A stretch of DNA of 58,277 bases, from the NCBI GenBank assembly GCA_035250975.1, contig DATFEP010000062.1, positions 1 to 58,277 on the forward strand, given 5' to 3'. Below are positions 52,040-58,277 of this stretch, one piece after another; the stretch's first letter is position 1, and each line of letters begins with the position of its first letter. The notes under the pieces are model-generated. The model saw only the letters and a list, made by a program, of their open reading frames with translations. It was not told where the DNA came from and searched no databases. The stretch is from Nitrososphaeraceae archaeon. GTDB lineage: Archaea; Thermoproteota; Nitrososphaeria; Nitrososphaerales; Nitrososphaeraceae. Both the position numbers and the translations under genes were made by a program.

Positions 52040-53917
52040 TTGCGTTATCAACTAATTGTTAGACTAGTACATTTTTCTTTGTTTTTTTCTGTACTAGTTT
52101 TAGTATTTAATTTTTTATTTTCGGAAGCAATGACAGCCAGCGAAAAAGAAGTGAACGAACAAAGAGGCATAGATAATGTTTGTTTGAAATATGACAACAT
52201 CACAAAAACAATAATAGTTTGTGATAACAATGTGGAGATTCCTACGATATTTTCTTTTTTTAATAATTCAAATATCCTAGAAAGCATTGGAAATAAAGAA
52301 TGGTTGTTAAGATCTAATATTCTAGTATTAGAAAATGGTACATTAATTATTGATGGTTCGAAATCTAAAGTTATAAAAATAGATTCCAATTATTCAAGCA
52401 ATATACCTTATTCCATCACATCAAGAGGAAATTTAATAATAGATAATACTAGAATAACTTCATGGAATTCTACAAGTGATTCCCAGCCTGTTGTTAGCTC
52501 TCCTGAAACCGTTAGACCTTATATCTTAACCTTTTGGGATTCTTTTGGAAATACAAATATTACAAATTCCTACCTAGAGAATCTAGGATATAAAGGTTAC
52601 GTTGGAACAGAAGGAATAACATATTTTTCTGGTAAAGGAAGTTTAATTAGCAATAATACAATATCTGGAAATTATTTGGGTTTACATTTGATGAATAATG
52701 TTTCGGATATTGCAATTGAGAATAATGACATATCAAAAAGCAATTTTGAGGGTATTAAATTAGACACCAAAACAAACAATATTAAAGTTTTTGATAACAC
52801 GATACATGAAAATAATTTACATGCAATCGCATGTCTAAGAGGTTGCAACTTAGTGGATATCAAAAATAATGTTTTAGAAAATAATATTGGTATTGGAATA
52901 CTCGTAGACAAACAAGCAAAGAAGGTAATTATTGAAAATAACAAGATAAAATCCAATACCATGGGTATAATGATAGCAGAGTCAGAAGATAATAGTATCA
53001 ATAACAATATCATTGATAAAAACGGTAATGGTATTTTTCTAAAAAAAAGTGCTAGTAATTTAATAACAAAAAATAACATTACGGGAAGTAATAACTATGG
53101 TATAAATATCTATTCAAATTCTTCTTTAAATACGATTAAAAATAACATCATCCAAAAATCAATGAATAGTGGAATAAATATGGCAGATTATGGAACAAAA
53201 AATAATAAATTTGTTGAAAATGTGATTGAAGGTGGATTAAATCATGGTATTAGATTGGATAGAACTTTCAAGAACAATTTTGAATCCAACGTAGTAGATA
53301 AAAATAAGAATGTTGACTATTATATAAAATTATCAAAGGACAGTATCCTAATGAATACGTACTTTAATAATACTTCTATTTTATTCTTTGACAAGAAGAG
53401 TAACCTCAAAATAGTTAATATGGATAATAAATTATTAGACGGTAATAATGTTACCAATATTGCATTTACACATAACAATACAGTCATTATGCTACCCATT
53501 AAAAACTTTACCAAACTGACAACTATTGACATGTATGTTGTTCCTAATTTATCTTATGTAAATATTTCATCGATTAATAATGATTTTTCCAAAAATAAGG
53601 ATTATAAAAAATGGAATGCCGCCTTTGCGGAGCCAAAAATGCAGACAAAATTTATTGTAGAGGGGTTCAATTCTGGCAGTCAATTTCTTTTAAAAACAAA
53701 TGAAACAGTTTCTGAGCTGGTTTCGGTTGACAAAAGAAATAATATACAATTTTCTTTTGTTAATGATGGATTATCATATATTTTCAAAATTGAAGCGACC
53801 AAAACTCCTATGTTAATCACGATATTAATTTTATCAATCCTGATTGGCCTTTCAGCTGGAATTTTCTTTCTATTAAGAAGAAAAAGGATGATTAAGGATA
53901 ACAATATAAAAAGATAA
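52040..53917 (+). CDS. Membrane-anchored right-handed beta-helix protein (NosD/AlgG-like)
   Basis: Signal peptide; many IxNNxI..N..GI repeats; C-terminal TM helix followed by RRKR. Confidence 0.85.
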   Translation: MRYQLIVRLVHFSLFFSVLVLVFNFLFSEAMTASEKEVNEQRGIDNVCLKYDNITKTIIVCDNNVEIPTIFSFFNNSNILESIGNKEWLLRSNILVLENGTLIIDGSKSKVIKIDSNYSSNIPYSITSRGNLIIDNTRITSWNSTSDSQPVVSSPETVRPYILTFWDSFGNTNITNSYLENLGYKGYVGTEGITYFSGKGSLISNNTISGNYLGLHLMNNVSDIAIENNDISKSNFEGIKLDTKTNNIKVFDNTIHENNLHAIACLRGCNLVDIKNNVLENNIGIGILVDKQAKKVIIENNKIKSNTMGIMIAESEDNSINNNIIDKNGNGIFLKKSASNLITKNNITGSNNYGINIYSNSSLNTIKNNIIQKSMNSGINMADYGTKNNKFVENVIEGGLNHGIRLDRTFKNNFESNVVDKNKNVDYYIKLSKDSILMNTYFNNTSILFFDKKSNLKIVNMDNKLLDGNNVTNIAFTHNNTVIMLPIKNFTKLTTIDMYVVPNLSYVNISSINNDFSKNKDYKKWNAAFAEPKMQTKFIVEGFNSGSQFLLKTNETVSELVSVDKRNNIQFSFVNDGLSYIFKIEATKTPMLITILILSILIGLSAGIFFLLRRKRMIKDNNIKR

Positions 53918-54231
53918 CAAGGTCCCTCCTATTTTGTATTAAAGGATTAATCTTATCAATCTATTATATTACGTATTGAATTTTGGATAAAGTAAACGTA
54001 ATTTTAACATCTAGAAGTATCTATAAATATTAATAATAAAAACAAAATACAATACTATCAAGATAAAGAATGTATATAAAATAATGTCTCATTGAGGATA
54101 CATATATAATTTAAATAGGAGCGAAATAATACAACTGCCGCAATATATTATAACTATGAGGCAAAAAAATGATAGATTTAATATTCTGACTTAATTATCT
54201 TTTCATTTAACTTAATATTTTATGAAATATC

Positions 54232-55563
54232 TCATGATTTAGAAATTTTGAATATTTTTCCATTTTTTGTATTGGAGGCGATCACAAATAAATCTCCATC
54301 TGTTGGATCTATCTTTATGTCTGTGATAATGCCAAATCCTGTACCCAATACCGCCTCATTAATTTCTGAGGGAGTATTAACTATTCTATCAGCCAATGGT
54401 CCAGTCAATTGTAATCCGGTTCTAGTAGAATTAAGATCAAAATGAAGCAATGTACCATTTTTTACACCTCCTACTAACATGTCATCTTTATATTCATCGC
54501 CTAATGTGTCCGTATGAATAAAGGCAATTGTGGTGGGAGCCATGGTTTGATTCCATGTTAAAGCGGGATCGTAATATTTGCCTTTATTATTAAATGTAAT
54601 TAGCATGTTTCTATCAAAATCTTCCCCAGTCATACTCTTGTATAAACTAGGAGTTGCTAATACCTGTCTCCATCCGCTATTAAAGCCAGGTTTAATAATA
54701 TTAATTTCATCACCATAATGAGAACCATTTTCTGTATCCCATAAATATCCTGTAATACTATCAAATCCAATACCAAAACTGTTTCGAATACCATATCCAT
54801 AATATTTGTCTAGTAGACCTGAATTACCCAAACTGAAGCCGTCGTTGACAGTATCCCCATCAGGTGTAATTCTTAATACACCTCCTCTACCATCTGGAAG
54901 AGATGTTCCTTCAAGATTTTGTGCAATAGTATCTCCTGTGGGAACTTTGTTTCTATTAAGATCACCCATAACAAGATACAAATTTCCGTCAGGTCCGATT
55001 CTCAATACCCCACCATTATGAGATGGTCCTGGAGTGAATGGTAAATCCAAAAGCAGGACCGGATTCACTAGCTTTCCATCAATAAAGTCATATCTATAAA
55101 GTTTATTTCCTAAAATATTACCATCGTCCTGACTTTCTGTTTCAGTAGCAAAAAGAAAAACATAGGAAGGAATTAAAGAATCATCATCCTCTGAAAATTT
55201 TCCCGAATTAGATAAATTCAAATAAGCAATTCCTAAAAGACCTCTTTCACTCTCCGATGCTACATTCAGATCCAAGAGTTGAGTTACTTGTCCATTAGCT
55301 ATTCTTTTTACTATACCCGTATTCTTTTCTATTAATAAAAAGTCATCGTTACCGATAATTTCCATACCTATTGGAAATTTCAGTTTATCTATAATTAACT
55401 GTGCTTTCAAATTCGGATCAGTTAAAACTGGATTGATATCTTTTTTTGATTTTTTCTTTGATTGAGCATCAATATCATCAAGACTTATTGATAAAAGTAA
55501 CATACTAGCAAATATGAAAATAATAAAGGAAATTTTTTCAATATTATTATATAAGAGAGTCAT
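54232..55563 (-). CDS. PQQ-dependent glucose/sorbosone dehydrogenase family protein (secreted)
   Basis: ERGLLGIA, HNGG.LRIGPDG.LY, GIRNSFG, LWDTENG, DEIN..PGFNSGW. Confidence 0.9.
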   Translation of the reverse strand: MTLLYNNIEKISFIIFIFASMLLLSISLDDIDAQSKKKSKKDINPVLTDPNLKAQLIIDKLKFPIGMEIIGNDDFLLIEKNTGIVKRIANGQVTQLLDLNVASESERGLLGIAYLNLSNSGKFSEDDDSLIPSYVFLFATETESQDDGNILGNKLYRYDFIDGKLVNPVLLLDLPFTPGPSHNGGVLRIGPDGNLYLVMGDLNRNKVPTGDTIAQNLEGTSLPDGRGGVLRITPDGDTVNDGFSLGNSGLLDKYYGYGIRNSFGIGFDSITGYLWDTENGSHYGDEINIIKPGFNSGWRQVLATPSLYKSMTGEDFDRNMLITFNNKGKYYDPALTWNQTMAPTTIAFIHTDTLGDEYKDDMLVGGVKNGTLLHFDLNSTRTGLQLTGPLADRIVNTPSEINEAVLGTGFGIITDIKIDPTDGDLFVIASNTKNGKIFKISKS

Positions 55564-55722
55564 ATTGTCAAAATGTTGACTAGTATATTTGAATCTATTC
55601 GAAGATATTAACGAAGATAATGAGAAGATGTTCTTTGAATCGACAGGATAAAAATTCCCTAAGAAATTTATAATACTTTATATTATAAAAATTAAGAAAT
55701 TTTTTATTAACCATACGATAGT

Positions 55723-57273
55723 TCAGTAGTTTGCTCTAATATCTATCTCTTTTGCTACAGGAGAGGGTTTTATATTCGTGTATGGATAAATCTTTATGTC
55801 ATATTTCTTCATGGCATTATCTGGTTTGACAGTTTCTATTAAATGGGTCTCTGCATATAATGCTTTATGGAATGTACCTCTTTTACTTGTTTCCTTAATG
55901 GTCTTTTTATATCCATTGTCAGAAATTATTACATAATCACTAGTTTTCAATGGTTTGGTGGAGAAGTAGCTCCTATCATCCATATTTAAATGGAATATTT
56001 GCTCAGGCATCCAGACATATAATGGACTACCTACTAAAGTTACAGTACCGTTGCTTTTTAGCATATAGTCTATCGCCACGGCCTGCGCTTTTATGACTGA
56101 AGAATTGGCATCGATAGAGAAAAGAATGATTATAGTAATCAACCCAAATATCGCTATTGCAGATGTTACAGCATATGGTGTTATTTTTCTGAATCTTAAA
56201 TTTGGAATACGATCGGATAATTCAACTATTAGTTTTGCACCTGCTATTGAAAATACCGGCATCAAAGGAATAAAATGAAAAGAAGACACAAAATCAATCC
56301 AATATAAAAATAGCAAAAATGGGATACTAAATAACAAGATGAAAAAATCTTTCCTAATAGCCGCATAGATAAGACCACTAATTCCCAATATGAATAAAAC
56401 TGGGTCCGATTCTGCAAAAGATGTGAACGAATTTACAAGAGGCTTGCTTTCTCTTTGAGTTTGGTGTAACACATCATCAATCCAGATATTTAATTGACCT
56501 AGAGAATATGCATGTGCTGGCCATAACAAGGGAATAAGAAAAACTGGAATAAACCAAAGTCCAAGACTTTTTAGCTTTTTGTTAGCACTATTTGTATATA
56601 CAAGATAACCTATAAGTGGAATCATTGTAAAAACCGGAATCTTTGTAAATATAGATAGACCTAAAAATGCACCTGAAAGAAGAATTAAAGAGATATTTCT
56701 GAATCCCAATGTATTTTTGCCCTGGTCAGATGGCTGTTTCAAATAAAGTACTAGGAGAATCGAAGTCAACAGTAATGGTAATTGTATAGATTCGAGAAAT
56801 ATTCTTCTTAGTGCCCAACCGTAAGGTACAACTGCAAAAAGAATCGACGCAATAAATGCAATTTTGATACCATATCTTCTTTCTGTTATTTTAAAAACAA
56901 GAAATGTATCTATCACTGCAAAAAGGCTCATAATTAATCGTGGAACGAGATAAAGAGTTTCAATAGAATTTTCAGTAGGTGAAGGATTGAACGAATCTGG
57001 ATATCCGATTAATCCCATAATACCAGCCATGAGTATTTGACCAAAATAAGGAGCAAAATAACGATCCTGTGGTTGAAGACCTTCGCCCTGTAAGGTAGAC
57101 ATGGTTTTTCTCATGTAATGTCCCTCGTCAATATGCAAATTTGGAAAGTCAAGTAAATTCCAAGTGTGTGTAAAGGCACTTAATATTAATGGAATAAGAA
57201 GTAATGCAATCTTGTTGCTCTTACCATATCCTTTCTTTTTAATCAGTTGACTTATTTCATCATCACCCAACAC
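55723..57273 (-). CDS. GT-C fold glycosyltransferase (GT39/ArnT-like)
   Basis: HIDEGHY loop after TM1; many TM helices; GLSIFTK. Confidence 0.82.
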   Translation of the reverse strand: MLGDDEISQLIKKKGYGKSNKIALLLIPLILSAFTHTWNLLDFPNLHIDEGHYMRKTMSTLQGEGLQPQDRYFAPYFGQILMAGIMGLIGYPDSFNPSPTENSIETLYLVPRLIMSLFAVIDTFLVFKITERRYGIKIAFIASILFAVVPYGWALRRIFLESIQLPLLLTSILLVLYLKQPSDQGKNTLGFRNISLILLSGAFLGLSIFTKIPVFTMIPLIGYLVYTNSANKKLKSLGLWFIPVFLIPLLWPAHAYSLGQLNIWIDDVLHQTQRESKPLVNSFTSFAESDPVLFILGISGLIYAAIRKDFFILLFSIPFLLFLYWIDFVSSFHFIPLMPVFSIAGAKLIVELSDRIPNLRFRKITPYAVTSAIAIFGLITIIILFSIDANSSVIKAQAVAIDYMLKSNGTVTLVGSPLYVWMPEQIFHLNMDDRSYFSTKPLKTSDYVIISDNGYKKTIKETSKRGTFHKALYAETHLIETVKPDNAMKKYDIKIYPYTNIKPSPVAKEIDIRANY

Positions 57274-57345
57274 AAATAATTTTATGATTATATATGCTCA
57301 AAATGAGATATATTTGTCACATAGTGAGAATAAATGTAATCAGAT

Positions 57346-58107
57346 TTATTTCTTTTCGTATTTTTTTCTTCCGTAATTATATAACTGCCAAACTGAACCA
57401 ATATAATCAAAAATAACATTATAACCCATCTTACTTTTACCTGATTTTCTATCAGTAAATGTATATGGAATTTCGTAGATGTGCATTTGTTTTGATTTAA
57501 CGAGAATTTCTAATAGGATCTTGTAACCCTTCGTGTCAATTTGTAAATTTTCCATTAAAGATCGTGGCACAGCAAAGAATCCAGACATTGGATCTGTGAC
57601 GTTATTGACATGTAACCCAATTTTTGCGATTATCGCAGCACCTTTGCTGATTATTCTTCTTTTAAATGGCCAGCCAACTATTGCTCCATTTTTTATATAT
57701 CTTGATGCAATAACTATTGAATTAGAATCATCTAATAACTTTTCAACCATTTGAGGAATAATTTCTGGAGGATGTGAAAAGTCTGCATCCATAACAAGTA
57801 TATAATCTCCCTGCGAGAATTTTACACCTTCAAGAATAGCAGGAATCAATCCATTCTTTTCTTTTCTATTAAGAACGTGTATTGAATAGTTAATATTCTC
57901 TTTAAATGCATTGTTTTTTTTCTTGTAATCATCATCATTGTCTATATAATTTTGAACAATATTTCCTGTACCGTCTGGAGAACTATCATCAACTACAATA
58001 ATTTCAGTAAATATATTATGATAAAGATTTTCTTTGATCTTGTCTAATAATTTGATAATATTTCCAGATTCATTATAAGTAGGAATAATTATGGATAAAG
58101 TGAACAT
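57346..58107 (-). CDS. Polyprenol-phosphate mannose synthase-like GT2
   Basis: IPTYNE, VDDSSPDGT, MDADFSHPP, ASRY, DPMSGFF, GYKILLE; start placed at MFTLS (ORF track starts at 58149). Confidence 0.9.
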   Translation of the reverse strand: MFTLSIIIPTYNESGNIIKLLDKIKENLYHNIFTEIIVVDDSSPDGTGNIVQNYIDNDDDYKKKNNAFKENINYSIHVLNRKEKNGLIPAILEGVKFSQGDYILVMDADFSHPPEIIPQMVEKLLDDSNSIVIASRYIKNGAIVGWPFKRRIISKGAAIIAKIGLHVNNVTDPMSGFFAVPRSLMENLQIDTKGYKILLEILVKSKQMHIYEIPYTFTDRKSGKSKMGYNVIFDYIGSVWQLYNYGRKKYEKK

Positions 58108-58277
58108 ACTTTTAGTTTTATATATATCTTGATGATGATTAGTTTGCAACTTATTTCTATAGTTTCAATCGGTGTATTAAAATTATCGTGAGTAAATTTG
58201 ATAACATTTTTTTATATATTTTTTAACTAAGAAAATTATACTCATTTTTTAAACTATTCATAGAAAAATTCCTACTT

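Noticed and set aside
607-57754. Many 60-135 aa antisense or overlapping ORFs in the ORF track (e.g. 22819-23118, 39349-39669, 52672-53079)
   Set aside because: They are shadows of well-supported genes on the opposite strand or another frame and carry no motifs

Overview
AT-rich archaeal chromosomal segment. Gene content (archaeal EF-2, archaeal ThrRS, PurP, class V FBPase/aldolase, DPSL-type Dps, MpgS, F420-type LLM oxidoreductase) points to a soil-type ammonia-oxidising archaeon (Nitrososphaeraceae, Nitrosocosmicus-like); this taxonomy is an inference. The first ~12 kb is accessory: flavin/F420 oxidoreductases, a decayed secreted-protein pseudogene, an IS5-family element with clear ends and one nonsense mutation, and MscS. 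12-27 kb and 36-45 kb are mostly housekeeping. 27-36 kb holds an unusual membrane HD-phosphohydrolase/methyltransferase-like fusion and an FTR1 iron-uptake locus with stand-alone copies of its extracellular domains, DtxR-like operator palindromes and IS6/IS630 relics. 45.6-58 kb is a surface-glycan region: a short UDP-sugar dehydrogenase divergent from a Cps3S/hyaluronan-synthase-like GT2, plus GH5-like, AlgG-like beta-helix, PQQ sugar dehydrogenase, GT-C and Dol-P-Man synthase genes. The best non-coding hit is a candidate box C/D guide RNA (25935-26018) whose guide fits C34 of tRNA-Leu(CAA). No rRNA, tRNA or CRISPR array was seen. All family calls are by-eye motif recognition with no database searches.
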